Source: Anaerolinea thermophila (lineage in GTDB: Bacteria; Chloroflexota; Anaerolineae; Anaerolineales; Villigracilaceae). Taken from it: a stretch of 62,018 nucleotides of DNA. The notes below the pieces were generated by a model. That model had not been told where the DNA came from, ran no database searches, and was given only the letters and a program-made list of their open reading frames with translations. The translations under genes were made by a program, and so were the position numbers. The stretch's first letter is position 1, and every line of letters starts with the position of its first letter. Where the stretch lies: the NCBI GenBank assembly GCA_020722375.1, contig DYKX01000001.1, positions 5,243 through 67,260 of the forward strand. Reading direction: 5' to 3'. Shown here piece by piece: positions 48,030 through 57,570 of this stretch.

Positions 48030-48793
48030 GCTTGCTCCTGCTTGCGTAAAAAGAACGGATAACCCACCAGCAAAAGGCTGGCAAAGAAAAACCACTGGAT
48101 GGCGTAACCCATGTGCGGGCCTTCGGTGATCTCCACCTCGGACGCGGATGGGATGGGCGGCTCCGCGTCGGCGGGGTCAACTGTCGGCTGGATGTAGATG
48201 GGAAGGATCGGATATGGAATTTGCCCGCCGATGCGCTCGAGGTTGGCGAAATTCCAAAAATCGAGACGCGTCTGCCCCTCGGCGAGGGGCGGATCGGCGC
48301 GGCCGCCAAACGGGACTTTCGTCACACCGAGGCGCATCACGCCCTGAACCTGAACGGGCGCGGCCTCCTCGTAGCGAATCCACCCTGAGGGCGAGTCGTT
48401 GCCGTCCGCGGGAATCCAGCCGCGGTCCACGAGAACCGCCCTCCCGCCTGCACTGAGCGAAGTCGAAGTGTCAGAAAGAAGAAGCGGGGTGAGGAGATGA
48501 TAGCCGTACACGCCTTCGTTGTAGTAGTTCAGCAAGGCAACTTGATTGTCGAAGTCGTACGTCCCGCGGGCGGTGACCGAGCGGTATTCCATCGCGGTCA
48601 GGTCGGAGGTCGCGTCCGCATTGAGATCGAGCGGAGGCAGTTCCAGCATGGACAGGTAATGCGCGTTGAAGGCACGCCGCTGGTCGAGGCGGTCCAACTG
48701 CCAGATGCCGAGGCGGATGCAGAGCGCCGCGCCGAGGAGGACCAGCAAGGTGGTGAGAATCCACTTCTTTTGGAACATGCTTTTCAGGATCAT
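48026..48793 (-). CDS. SURF1 family protein
   Basis: LGIWQLDR, LVDRGWIP, HMGYAIQWF. Confidence 0.92.
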   Translation of the reverse strand: MILKSMFQKKWILTTLLVLLGAALCIRLGIWQLDRLDQRRAFNAHYLSMLELPPLDLNADATSDLTAMEYRSVTARGTYDFDNQVALLNYYNEGVYGYHLLTPLLLSDTSTSLSAGGRAVLVDRGWIPADGNDSPSGWIRYEEAAPVQVQGVMRLGVTKVPFGGRADPPLAEGQTRLDFWNFANLERIGGQIPYPILPIYIQPTVDPADAEPPIPSASEVEITEGPHMGYAIQWFFFASLLLVGYPFFLRKQEQA

Positions 48794-49281
48794 TGCGGAT
48801 TCGATGGCTTTCTATTCGGCATGATGAAACTGTAGATGGCAATCAGCACGCCCAAAGGCAGACCCGCGAAGAGAATGCCATACACCCGCGTCCAGATCGT
48901 GACAGGTTCGCGCACGTCGAGGCCAATATATTTGCTGGTCTGAAAACTGCACTCGAACGCCAGATTCTCCTCGGTGGTCAACGCCAGATGCGCGGACGCG
49001 CCCGCGGGGATCCACAGCGGACCCATTTGATGGTCGATCACATCCTCGTTCTTGACGATCAACACATCGCCCACCACAAAGACCATGTTCGCAGGGAGTG
49101 TGGGAGGTTGTTCGCCGCGCGCTACCAGGTCACCTGTCCCTTCGGGAATGGTCAGGACGATTGCCTTGGGAGGACGCGCCGACTCGCGCAAAAAGAGGAA
49201 GGTCAACTCGCTGAGGGCCGCGCCGATGGCGATGCCGATCAGCAGGGAAAGCAAAACGCGCTTGACAATTGTTTTAGTCAT
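48790..49281 (-). CDS. Two-TM protein with a cupredoxin-like extracytoplasmic loop
   Basis: VGDVLIVKNED..DH..GP...C pattern; translationally coupled within the oxidase operon. Confidence 0.6.
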   Translation of the reverse strand: MTKTIVKRVLLSLLIGIAIGAALSELTFLFLRESARPPKAIVLTIPEGTGDLVARGEQPPTLPANMVFVVGDVLIVKNEDVIDHQMGPLWIPAGASAHLALTTEENLAFECSFQTSKYIGLDVREPVTIWTRVYGILFAGLPLGVLIAIYSFIMPNRKPSNPQ

Positions 49282-49284
49282 AGG

Positions 49285-49884
49285 CTACTTGAGCAGCAAC
49301 TTGATATCGTGGACGATGTCCGCGACGGGGGCCTGGAATCCGTACGAAAGACGCAGGTTCCCCTCCGCGTCCACGAGCGTGACGCGGGCGGTGTGGTCCA
49401 CGATATAGCCAAAAGCGGAATCCGTCTGCTGGATGGCGCGGTAGACGCCGTACGCGTCCCAAACGGGTTGGAGTTCCTCCAGCGAACCCGTCAGACCGAT
49501 GAAGGTTGGGTGGAAATGCTCGGCGTATCGCTGGATCTTTTCGGGCGTATCGCGTTCGGGGTCCACGGAAATGAAGACCACCTGAACCGAGGAGGCTGAA
49601 TCGCCGAGAGCGTCCATCACCTGTTTCATCTCAGCCATCGTGGTCGGACAAACGTCTGGGCAGGAGGTGTAGCCGAAGAACAGCAGGACGATCCTGCCGC
49701 GCTGGTCGCTAAGACGGAACGTCCCGCCATCGGCGCGTGTCAATTCAATGGACGGCGCTGCGGGGTACGGTTCGCCATAGGATGTGCCGCGGAAACTGGC
49801 GGGTTTGCCAAACCAGTAGACTGCCCCTGCGGCCAGAATCACAAGCAGAAGGGAAGCAAGTCCCACCCAGAGGGTTCGCTTCAT
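49285..49884 (-). CDS. SCO1/SenC copper chaperone
   Basis: FGYTSCPDVCP, SVDPERD, VDH. Confidence 0.93.
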   Translation of the reverse strand: MKRTLWVGLASLLLVILAAGAVYWFGKPASFRGTSYGEPYPAAPSIELTRADGGTFRLSDQRGRIVLLFFGYTSCPDVCPTTMAEMKQVMDALGDSASSVQVVFISVDPERDTPEKIQRYAEHFHPTFIGLTGSLEELQPVWDAYGVYRAIQQTDSAFGYIVDHTARVTLVDAEGNLRLSYGFQAPVADIVHDIKLLLK

Positions 49885-49945
49885 CGTTTACCAAATCTCC
49901 CGTCAAAATCGGGGCGACCAATTGGCCGCCCCGATTCAACATCCT

Positions 49946-50719
49946 TTATACAGCCAGCGTGCCGATCAAGTAGAGAGCGGGATAGAAGAAGATCCACACC
50001 ACGTCCACGAAGTGCCAGTAGACGGTGGCGGCTTCCACGCCCCAGTATTTCTCGGCAGAGTAGAGTCCCTTGCGGCCCTTGTTCCAGACCGTAAAGAGCA
50101 GGATGACGCCTGTCAGCACATGGAAGGCGTGCATGCCCGTCATCATGTAGAAGATGGCGCCTGCCGCGTCCTTGCTGGCAATCACCTCCTCGATCTTCGC
50201 CAATTGCCATTCCAGACCGACCACGCCGGCCACGAAGAGCAGGCCAAGGACCATGGTGATAAGAGTCCCGTTCAGAAAGGCTTTTCGGTCGCCGTGCGCG
50301 ATGGACGTCTCGGCGCGGTTCATGAAGAAGGAGGAGATCAGCAGGATGGAGGTTACCGCCAGGCCGAGCAGTTGATTCAAATGCGGGCGGGTCATGCCAA
50401 GCAGGTTGAAGCGGCTGATGAGCAGCCCGCCAAAAACGAACGCGTCCGACAGGAGGAAGAGCCACAGTCCGACGCGGTTGGTGCCCGTCTTATAGGCATA
50501 ACCATCGTGTCCTTCACCATGCTCATCCTGTTTCAGTTTGTAGATATGCATGTAGTAGTACACCACCAGCCCAGCCTTGATCAGTGCGACCAGCGCCAAC
50601 AGGATGACAAAATTGATGGCAATGGCGATGCCAAATTCCAGGGCGGTCAACACCGCGAGGAAAATGAAAATGGTGAGACCCTGCGCCAGCGCGGAGGATT
50701 TATCTTGTGTGTGTGTCAT
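49946..50719 (-). CDS. Fused cytochrome c oxidase subunit IV + subunit III
   Basis: N-terminal LTALE...KA.LV..YYMH (subunit IV); C-terminal LFLLSD, TGMHAFHV, YWHFVDVVW (subunit III). Confidence 0.88.
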   Translation of the reverse strand: MTHTQDKSSALAQGLTIFIFLAVLTALEFGIAIAINFVILLALVALIKAGLVVYYYMHIYKLKQDEHGEGHDGYAYKTGTNRVGLWLFLLSDAFVFGGLLISRFNLLGMTRPHLNQLLGLAVTSILLISSFFMNRAETSIAHGDRKAFLNGTLITMVLGLLFVAGVVGLEWQLAKIEEVIASKDAAGAIFYMMTGMHAFHVLTGVILLFTVWNKGRKGLYSAEKYWGVEAATVYWHFVDVVWIFFYPALYLIGTLAV

Positions 50720-50728
50720 TGAAACTCC

Positions 50729-52771
50729 CTATTTCTTCGCAAATTCCACGTACTTCGAGCCAGGCAGGCCGTAATCGTACGGTTCACCGACCACCTCAAA
50801 GGGCGTGTCGTAATTGTGAGCGGGCATGGGCGAAGGCGCTTGCCATTCGGGGGAACGCGAGTTCCAGAGGTTGCCTTCGGCAATCTCACCGCGCTTGAGA
50901 CTGGTCACCAGATTGATGATGAAGATCAGCACGGAGAGCGCAATGGTAAAGGCCGCAATGGTGAGGACGAGATGCGTGGCGTCGAATCCCTGCAGGGGAT
51001 CGTAGTCCGCGATGCGGCGGCGCATGCCAAGCAGGCCGATGCGCATCATGCCGAGCGAGAGGGTAAAGAATGCGGGCGTCATCAGCCAGAAATGCCATTT
51101 GCCGAGCGTCTCATTCATGCGGCGGCCGGTCGCTTTGGGGAACCAGTAATACAGCGCGGCAAAGAACGGGAAGACGAAACCGCCGAAGAGCGTATCGTGG
51201 AAGTGGCCGACAACCCAGTACGTGTCGTGCAGGTGCAGGTCGGTCGAGACGGTGGCGTTCGGGGGGCCCGAAAGACCGCCCATGAGAAAGACGACGATCG
51301 CGCCCAGCACGAACAACATCGGGGTGGGCGTTTCGATCTTGCCTTTCCAGATCGTCGCAACCCACGAAAAGAACTTCACGCCCGTCGGGACGGCGACGAG
51401 CAGGGTGCTGTACATGAAGGGGACGCGCAGGTACTCGTTCATACCTGACGTGAACATGTGATGCGCCCAGACGAGGAAGCCCACCAGCGCGATGGCGAGC
51501 GAGGACATGGCGATCCACTTGTAGCCGAAGAGCGGCTTGCGGACGAAGACCGGCAATAACTCGGAAACGACACCCAGGCCGGGCAGGATGAAAACATAAA
51601 CCGCAGGGTGCGAATAGAACCAGAACAGGTGCTGGAATAGAACCGGGTTGCCGCCCTTGGCGGGGTCGAAGAAGCCCATACCGAACAGGCGCTGGAACAT
51701 CACCATCTGGAAAGAGAGACCGATCAACTGCGTGGCGGTCAGGGCAATGAGAGAGGTTGCAATGGATGCCCAGACGAAGATCGGCATACGGAAGGCGGTC
51801 ATGCCTTTGGCGCGCATGCGCACCACGGTGGTAATCAGATTAAGCGCGCCGAGGATGGACGACCAGCCCGCCGTGAACACGCCGAGGAAGAACATCTGCA
51901 TGCCCACGGGCGCTTTGGTAGAAAGTGGAGGATATCCCGTCCAGCCCGTGTCGAAGCCGCCGAGGATCAGGCTGGTGAGGAGCAGAACGGCCGCGGGCGG
52001 CGCGATCCAGAACGAAAAAGCGTTCAGGCGCGGGAAAGCCATGTCATGCGCGCCGATGAGCAGGGGTACGAGGTAGTTCATCAGCCCCGCAATGCCCAGC
52101 AGAATCGAGACAATCATGATCATGCCGTGAAGACTCATCAGCGAGTTGTAAAACTGCAGCCCATTCTGGTTGAAGAGTTTGAAATTGGTGGTGAGGAATT
52201 GCAGGCCCGACTGCGCCAATTCCGTACGGAAGGTGAGCGCAAACGTGCCGCCCACGACCAGCAATACCAGCGCGGTGACTGTGTATTGGATGCCGATCAC
52301 TTTGTGGTCGAGCGAGGGACTGAAGAATTTTTCCAAGCCAGGCGCGTCGTCGCGATGCTCGGGGACGTCGATGCCGCGCGCCATCTTGATCCAATCGTCA
52401 GCCACGCCATGTCTCAGCAGGAAGGCGATCACGCCGACCAGTCCGCCAAAGACCCAGGCGGGTTCCGTGAAGATGTAATTGGTGTCAATGAGCTTCAATC
52501 CCATCACAGCGCGGATGCCAGTGATGAACAGGCCGCCGAGCAGCGTCCCGATCGTTTGCCAGACGAGGCCGCGCGTGATGGTGCGGTAGCCCACCCATCC
52601 GTAAAAATACAGAATGACGCCGCCCAGCAGACTGAAAAAGCCAGCCACCGAGGATGTGAAATTCATCCGTCCGCTGACGAGGGTGTGCAGTCCCAGACCA
52701 AGGCCGTATCCAACCAACAGCCCTGCGACCATAAGCAAAAGACTGCGAATACCGGGTTTCATATTTTTCAT
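50729..52771 (-). CDS. ctaD: Cytochrome c oxidase subunit I (A2 type) with an N-terminal TM extension
   Basis: DHKVIG, HG, WFYSHPAVY, WAHH, HDT..VVGHFH, MRRR; GGAGG RBS. Confidence 0.95.
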   Translation of the reverse strand: MKNMKPGIRSLLLMVAGLLVGYGLGLGLHTLVSGRMNFTSSVAGFFSLLGGVILYFYGWVGYRTITRGLVWQTIGTLLGGLFITGIRAVMGLKLIDTNYIFTEPAWVFGGLVGVIAFLLRHGVADDWIKMARGIDVPEHRDDAPGLEKFFSPSLDHKVIGIQYTVTALVLLVVGGTFALTFRTELAQSGLQFLTTNFKLFNQNGLQFYNSLMSLHGMIMIVSILLGIAGLMNYLVPLLIGAHDMAFPRLNAFSFWIAPPAAVLLLTSLILGGFDTGWTGYPPLSTKAPVGMQMFFLGVFTAGWSSILGALNLITTVVRMRAKGMTAFRMPIFVWASIATSLIALTATQLIGLSFQMVMFQRLFGMGFFDPAKGGNPVLFQHLFWFYSHPAVYVFILPGLGVVSELLPVFVRKPLFGYKWIAMSSLAIALVGFLVWAHHMFTSGMNEYLRVPFMYSTLLVAVPTGVKFFSWVATIWKGKIETPTPMLFVLGAIVVFLMGGLSGPPNATVSTDLHLHDTYWVVGHFHDTLFGGFVFPFFAALYYWFPKATGRRMNETLGKWHFWLMTPAFFTLSLGMMRIGLLGMRRRIADYDPLQGFDATHLVLTIAAFTIALSVLIFIINLVTSLKRGEIAEGNLWNSRSPEWQAPSPMPAHNYDTPFEVVGEPYDYGLPGSKYVEFAKK

Positions 52772-52789
52772 TCCATGCCTCCGCAATAA

Positions 52790-53800
52790 TTACTTGAGTG
52801 TCTTGATGTACGCGATGATGTTGGCAAGGTCTTCCTCAGTGAGCGGCGTGTACACGTTCGGCATCAGTTGATTCTCGAAGCCTGCCACGATCGCGCCCTG
52901 GGGATTGAGGACGGATTCCCTGAGATACGCTTCATCCGCAGGGACGGTGGTCCCGTCCGACAACTCCACTTCCGAGCCGAACAGCCCGAGCCAGGTCGGA
53001 CCGATGAGTTTGGAACCGTCAATCGAGTGACAGCCCAGGCATCCATTGGATTTGACCAGCACTTCGCCTTTCCCCTCCGGTGTCTGTCCCGCCGCGGCAA
53101 GGAGCGCAACTTGTTCATCCACCCAGGCTGCATACTCCGCTTCGGTGACAACGACGACCGGGCTTTCCATGTACGCGTGAGAGGTGCCGCAAAGTTCCGC
53201 ACAGCGCACCTGATAATTGCCTATTAACGTCGGCGTGATGCGATATTCGGTAATGCGGCCCGGCAGAACGTCCTGCTTGACGCGGAACTCGGGCACCCAG
53301 AAGGAGTGGATAACATCCTTGGACTGCATCTTCAGCACCACCTGCTTGTCCACGGGCAAATACAGTTTGTTGGTAACGATTCCATATTCGGGATACTCGA
53401 AACTCCAGGCCCATTGCGAAGCGACCACGTTGACCACCATCGCCTGCGGATCGACACGACGCGTCTCGGCCAGGGAATAGGCGCCCATGTACGCGAAGAT
53501 CATCACCATAAAAAGAGGGACGATCGTCCAGGCAATCTCCAATTTCGTGTTGCCCTCGATGTGTTCGGCGTCGGTCATGTCGCCCTTTTTACGGCGGAAG
53601 ACGACCAGGCTGTACACGAGCGGGACTACGATCAACGCGAACAGGAAGGAGATTGTCATCACTTCCCAATTCCACAGCCAGTCAATGCTCGCGGCCTGCG
53701 CGCTGGCGGGGATCGGCAGTAAACCGATGGCGTCCAGACCCAGGTAGGTCAAAATGGCCATAAGGATGACCAGGATGCCCGCAATGACAAAGTGTCGCAT
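52790..53800 (-). CDS. ctaC: Cytochrome c oxidase subunit II with fused cytochrome c (caa3 type)
   Basis: DVIHSFW, CAELCGTSH..M CuA site, CLGCH heme c. Confidence 0.95.
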   Translation of the reverse strand: MRHFVIAGILVILMAILTYLGLDAIGLLPIPASAQAASIDWLWNWEVMTISFLFALIVVPLVYSLVVFRRKKGDMTDAEHIEGNTKLEIAWTIVPLFMVMIFAYMGAYSLAETRRVDPQAMVVNVVASQWAWSFEYPEYGIVTNKLYLPVDKQVVLKMQSKDVIHSFWVPEFRVKQDVLPGRITEYRITPTLIGNYQVRCAELCGTSHAYMESPVVVVTEAEYAAWVDEQVALLAAAGQTPEGKGEVLVKSNGCLGCHSIDGSKLIGPTWLGLFGSEVELSDGTTVPADEAYLRESVLNPQGAIVAGFENQLMPNVYTPLTEEDLANIIAYIKTLK

Positions 53801-53829
53801 ATTCTTCTCCTCGGATCAATATCAGGGAC

Positions 53830-54195
53830 TCAGCCCCAGGGATTCATAAGCCAGGATTCCGCCTGCGCGGCGGTTAAGCGCTTCCGCTGATAGAGCACAA
53901 CGGGTTCGGTGGAGGCGAGCGAGACCAGCACCACCTGCATCGGAGACTCGCCTTCCATGAAACGGTTTAAAAACTCGTCACGGTTGATGGTGGTATCGTC
54001 GTGGTCCACAATGACCAGGTCGGGGTGAAGCGTTTCGAGAGAGGACAGCGTCTCCTCCATCGTGGAGGGCATCCCGACTACCAGCGCCATATCGCCCCAG
54101 CGCGCGGCGTAGACCTTCCGCAATCCTTCGCGAAAAAGCGGATTTGCAGAAGCAATGAGGACACGTTGCGGGCGAGGCTGGGTGGTTTGACTCAT
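53830..54195 (-). CDS. Atypical receiver-like domain protein
   Basis: VLIAS...LFREGL, PDLVIVD; acidic pocket and Lys are degenerate. Confidence 0.6.
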   Translation of the reverse strand: MSQTTQPRPQRVLIASANPLFREGLRKVYAARWGDMALVVGMPSTMEETLSSLETLHPDLVIVDHDDTTINRDEFLNRFMEGESPMQVVLVSLASTEPVVLYQRKRLTAAQAESWLMNPWG

Positions 54196-54273
54196 AAACA
54201 GATTCTGGTAATAAATTTACCAAAATCCGTCTTATTTGTCATTAATCTTGGCGGGTTGAATGGGGGATTTCAG

Positions 54274-54307
54274 AAAAAAAAGACGGGTGATTGTCCATCA
54301 CCCGTTG
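54274..54307 (-). terminator. Intrinsic terminator after the response regulator
   Basis: A-run followed by GACGGGTGAT...ATCACCCGTT on the + strand. Confidence 0.65.
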
Positions 54308-54324
54308 TCATAATCATGGACAGG

Positions 54325-54960
54325 CTAGATCAACCCCAACTGCATGGCCTTCGCCACGGCCTCGGCGCGGTTGTTCACTTCCATTTTCTCCAGCACGTGG
54401 CGGATATGCGTCTTGACCGTGTTCTCGGAAATATACAACTGCGTGGCGATCTGCGCCGTGGTGAGTCCGCGCGCCAGACAGCGCAGCACGTCCAACTCGC
54501 GGCCGCTGATCAGGTCGTGCGAACGGCTGGATTGGGCGCGCCGCATCAACTTGAACACCTGCGTGGTGATCTCTGGCGATAGCACGGACTTCCCCTCGGC
54601 CACATCCAGCAGGGTGCGTCGCAGCATTTCAGGCTCGGCGTTCTTCAGCAGGTATCCGCTCGCGCCCGCCATGATCGCGCCGACCAGGTCGCTTTCATCC
54701 TGCGAAATGGTCAGCATCAACGCGCTCATTTTTTGTCCCGCTTCGCGCAGAGCGCGCAGGGTCTCCGCGCCGCTCAAGCCGGGCATGTTCACATCCAACA
54801 GAACGATGTCGGGATGGGCGCTCGGCGCCGCGCGCAACGCCTCCTCCCCGCTGGCCGCCTCGCCGACCACTTCAAACTCTTCCATATCGGTCAGCAGGCT
54901 GACCAGTCCGCGGCGAAACAAGGCATGGTCATCCACAACGAAGAGACGGACCGGCTTCAT
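54325..54960 (-). CDS. NarL/LuxR family response regulator
   Basis: VDDH, LLDVNMP, GYLLK, SENTVKTH HTH. Confidence 0.95.
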   Translation of the reverse strand: MKPVRLFVVDDHALFRRGLVSLLTDMEEFEVVGEAASGEEALRAAPSAHPDIVLLDVNMPGLSGAETLRALREAGQKMSALMLTISQDESDLVGAIMAGASGYLLKNAEPEMLRRTLLDVAEGKSVLSPEITTQVFKLMRRAQSSRSHDLISGRELDVLRCLARGLTTAQIATQLYISENTVKTHIRHVLEKMEVNNRAEAVAKAMQLGLI

Positions 54961-56138
54961 GATTCGATCCTTACCCGCGCGGGAATACGCACCTGGATCT
55001 TGGTACCGCGATTGGGATAACTGGTGACCTGGAACTCCGCGCCGACGGATTCGGCCCGTTCACGCATCCCGCGTAGACCGAAGCGGGCCGCGGCCACCGA
55101 ATCGGCGGGACGGAACCCGCGGCCGTCGTCGGCCACCTCGATCAACGTGTCCTGCTCATCCTCCCACGCCGCCAGATGGACGTGATGCGCCTGCGCGTGC
55201 TTGCGGACGTTGGTCAACGCCTCCTGCACGATGCGAATCAACTGCGCCTGCACAATGGGAGGAAAGTCGCGCGTGAGGCGCAGGTCCACATCCACAGGCA
55301 GGCCAGAGAGTTCAGCAAAATCATCGGCCGCTTGACTCAACCAGGCGACCAGCGAATCGTCGGGTGCGCGGCGCAGGTTTTCGATGGCCTGACGCGCGTC
55401 CAGATAGGCGTCGTCAACGGTGCGCGAAGAATCCTTCAAAATGCGCGCCGCCTGTTCGGATTTGCCCTGCTCCAAAAAGGATTCGGCGCGGCCGATCTCG
55501 ATCTTCAGGAATGCCAGCGTCTGCGCCAACCCATCGTGGATCTCGCGCGCCAGCCGCGTCCGCTCGCCGAGAATGGCGCGGTATTCGACTTGCGGCAAAA
55601 GAGATTGGGCTTCTTTGGACAAAGCGGGAGAGGGTGCAACGGAATACTGCATGGCGCGGACGAGTTGACCGCGTTCCAGCGTATCCAGCGCGACTTCGGT
55701 GAGATGCGTCGCTTCAGACAGGAAACCCGCCATCGCTTCGCTCACCCGCGTCTCGGCGGCAAACACAAAACTGAACAGCCCTGCTTCCCGCCCGCGCAGG
55801 CGCAGGGGAACGCAATGAATGAAATTGGCATTGGGATCGCCATGCAACAGGGCACATTCCCGCCCCGCGTGGCGCGTCTGGCAGATTTTGCACCGCTGAC
55901 GCAGCGCGGGCGGAGACTCGCGCTCCAGATTCGATTCTGGAACACGACCAAACTCGAACGGAGAGAGTCTTTGCGCGAACTCGTCGAACGGCAAAAAGAG
56001 ACAGCCGTCTGCGTTCAATGCTTCGCATCCCGCTCGCATGACGGCATGAAAGATGGCGGATTCGTCTGTGGCTTCGAGCAGGGACGCGCTCAAAGCGAGG
56101 CTGATTTGAAGGATGCGGGTGGACTCGGTCTCGGTCAC
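54957..56138 (-). CDS. Soluble HisKA_3 sensor kinase with a Cys-rich GAF-like domain
   Basis: ERTRLAREIHDGLAQ, QEALTNVRKHA, DDGRGF, GLRGMRER. Confidence 0.9.
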   Translation of the reverse strand: MTETESTRILQISLALSASLLEATDESAIFHAVMRAGCEALNADGCLFLPFDEFAQRLSPFEFGRVPESNLERESPPALRQRCKICQTRHAGRECALLHGDPNANFIHCVPLRLRGREAGLFSFVFAAETRVSEAMAGFLSEATHLTEVALDTLERGQLVRAMQYSVAPSPALSKEAQSLLPQVEYRAILGERTRLAREIHDGLAQTLAFLKIEIGRAESFLEQGKSEQAARILKDSSRTVDDAYLDARQAIENLRRAPDDSLVAWLSQAADDFAELSGLPVDVDLRLTRDFPPIVQAQLIRIVQEALTNVRKHAQAHHVHLAAWEDEQDTLIEVADDGRGFRPADSVAAARFGLRGMRERAESVGAEFQVTSYPNRGTKIQVRIPARVRIES

Positions 56139-56159
56139 AGCAGGCAGGTTTCGGGTCGG

Positions 56160-56624
56160 CTAGAGCGAGCGGAGGGCTTCCAAAACTTCGGCGCTGTGCT
56201 CGGCAGGTCGAACGTTCTCGAAGACGCGTGCGATCATCCCCTGCGCGTCGATCAAATACGTTGTGCGGAGGACGCCTTCGTATTCGCGTCCCATGAATTT
56301 TTTAGGTCCCCACACTGCATAGAGGTCACAGACCTTGTGGTCCGCGTCTGCGAGCAGCGGAAAGGGTAGTTGATATTTGGCTTTGAATTTGGCATGGGAA
56401 CGCGCCGTATCGGGGCTGACGCCCAGGACAGTGACACCCGCCTTTTCATACGCGGAATAATCGTCGCGGAAATTACAGGCTTCCCTGGCGCAGCCGGGCG
56501 TATCGTCTTTGGGATAAAAGTAAAGGATGACGGCCTGACCGCGATAGGACGACAAGCGGCGCGGCGTGTTGGTATCGTCAGGCAATTCGAAATCAGGGGC
56601 TGGAATTCCAGTGGATAAAGGCAT
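56160..56624 (-). CDS. bcp: Bacterioferritin comigratory protein (peroxiredoxin Q)
   Basis: YFYPKDDTPGCAREAC. Confidence 0.93.
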   Translation of the reverse strand: MPLSTGIPAPDFELPDDTNTPRRLSSYRGQAVILYFYPKDDTPGCAREACNFRDDYSAYEKAGVTVLGVSPDTARSHAKFKAKYQLPFPLLADADHKVCDLYAVWGPKKFMGREYEGVLRTTYLIDAQGMIARVFENVRPAEHSAEVLEALRSL

Positions 56625-56669
56625 GCACAACCTCCAAAATCAGATAAAGCGGCGGTGTTTTCAGAGAAA

Positions 56670-57074
56670 CTACTTCAACGTACGGATGTACGCCACCACC
56701 TGCCAGACCTGTTCCTCGTTCAGCACGCTTCCCCATCCCACCATGGCGGTACCAGGTTTGCCCTCGCTGATGCGCCAAAACAGGTAATCATCCCCCACCT
56801 GCGCCGCGAGTTTCGGCAAATTGGCAGGAGGCGGATTAAGGGCCGCACCGGCAGGTCCATCGCCATGTCCGCTCGCGCCGTGGCAGGTCTCGCAATAACT
56901 GACGTAATCGGGCGCGCCCTTTGCGGCCGCGTCCGCGCCGAGGGGATTGGTCTTGCCAGCATACTCTGCCGGCACAGGCGGAATCACTGTCGAGGGCGCG
57001 GCGGGCGTTCCACATGCCGCAACGACCAACACAAACAACAGGAGCGTGAACAAAATATGACGACGGTTCAACAT
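56670..57074 (-). CDS. Lipoprotein class I cytochrome c
   Basis: VAAC lipobox, CETCH, axial Met in GTAM; GGAGG RBS. Confidence 0.9.
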   Translation of the reverse strand: MLNRRHILFTLLLFVLVVAACGTPAAPSTVIPPVPAEYAGKTNPLGADAAAKGAPDYVSYCETCHGASGHGDGPAGAALNPPPANLPKLAAQVGDDYLFWRISEGKPGTAMVGWGSVLNEEQVWQVVAYIRTLK

Positions 57075-57200
57075 TCCTCCATTAATTTTCAAAATTCGAC
57101 TCATCGAGGCGGGATTATACCACTCAGGCTGCGAGATAAGATTTAAGCCGACCCGGAACAACGAGTCGGCCTGATGAAGCACAGAACGTGCAGAATGGAC

Positions 57201-57569
57201 CTAATTCAACGTCCCCGCTTTTTTGAGCGCGGCTTCCAGCAGGTCGAAATCGGCAGGTTTGATGATAACGGCGGTCGCGCCGCCCTGCATCACGCGTTGG
57301 CGCGTTTCGGGCTGGTCGTCAGAGGTGATGACGATGACGGGGACAGAGGCCAGCCTCGGTTCACGGCGCAGAAACGCCAGAATTTCGGTCCCATCCACGC
57401 CGGGCATGTTGATATCCAACAGCACCACGCGCGGCGTCATACTGCTCAACGCCGAAATAGCCGGGCTGGCGCCGTAGGCGACGCGTGCGGGAACGCCCAA
57501 CACATCCATCATTTGTTTCAGGGCATCGGCGGTTTCGCGATTATCGTCAATGATGAGCGCTTCAGACAT
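57201..57569 (-). CDS. Single-domain response regulator (CheY-like)
   Basis: IIDD, LLDINMP, ITS, KP. Confidence 0.9.
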   Translation of the reverse strand: MSEALIIDDNRETADALKQMMDVLGVPARVAYGASPAISALSSMTPRVVLLDINMPGVDGTEILAFLRREPRLASVPVIVITSDDQPETRQRVMQGGATAVIIKPADFDLLEAALKKAGTLN

Positions 57570-57570
57570 A

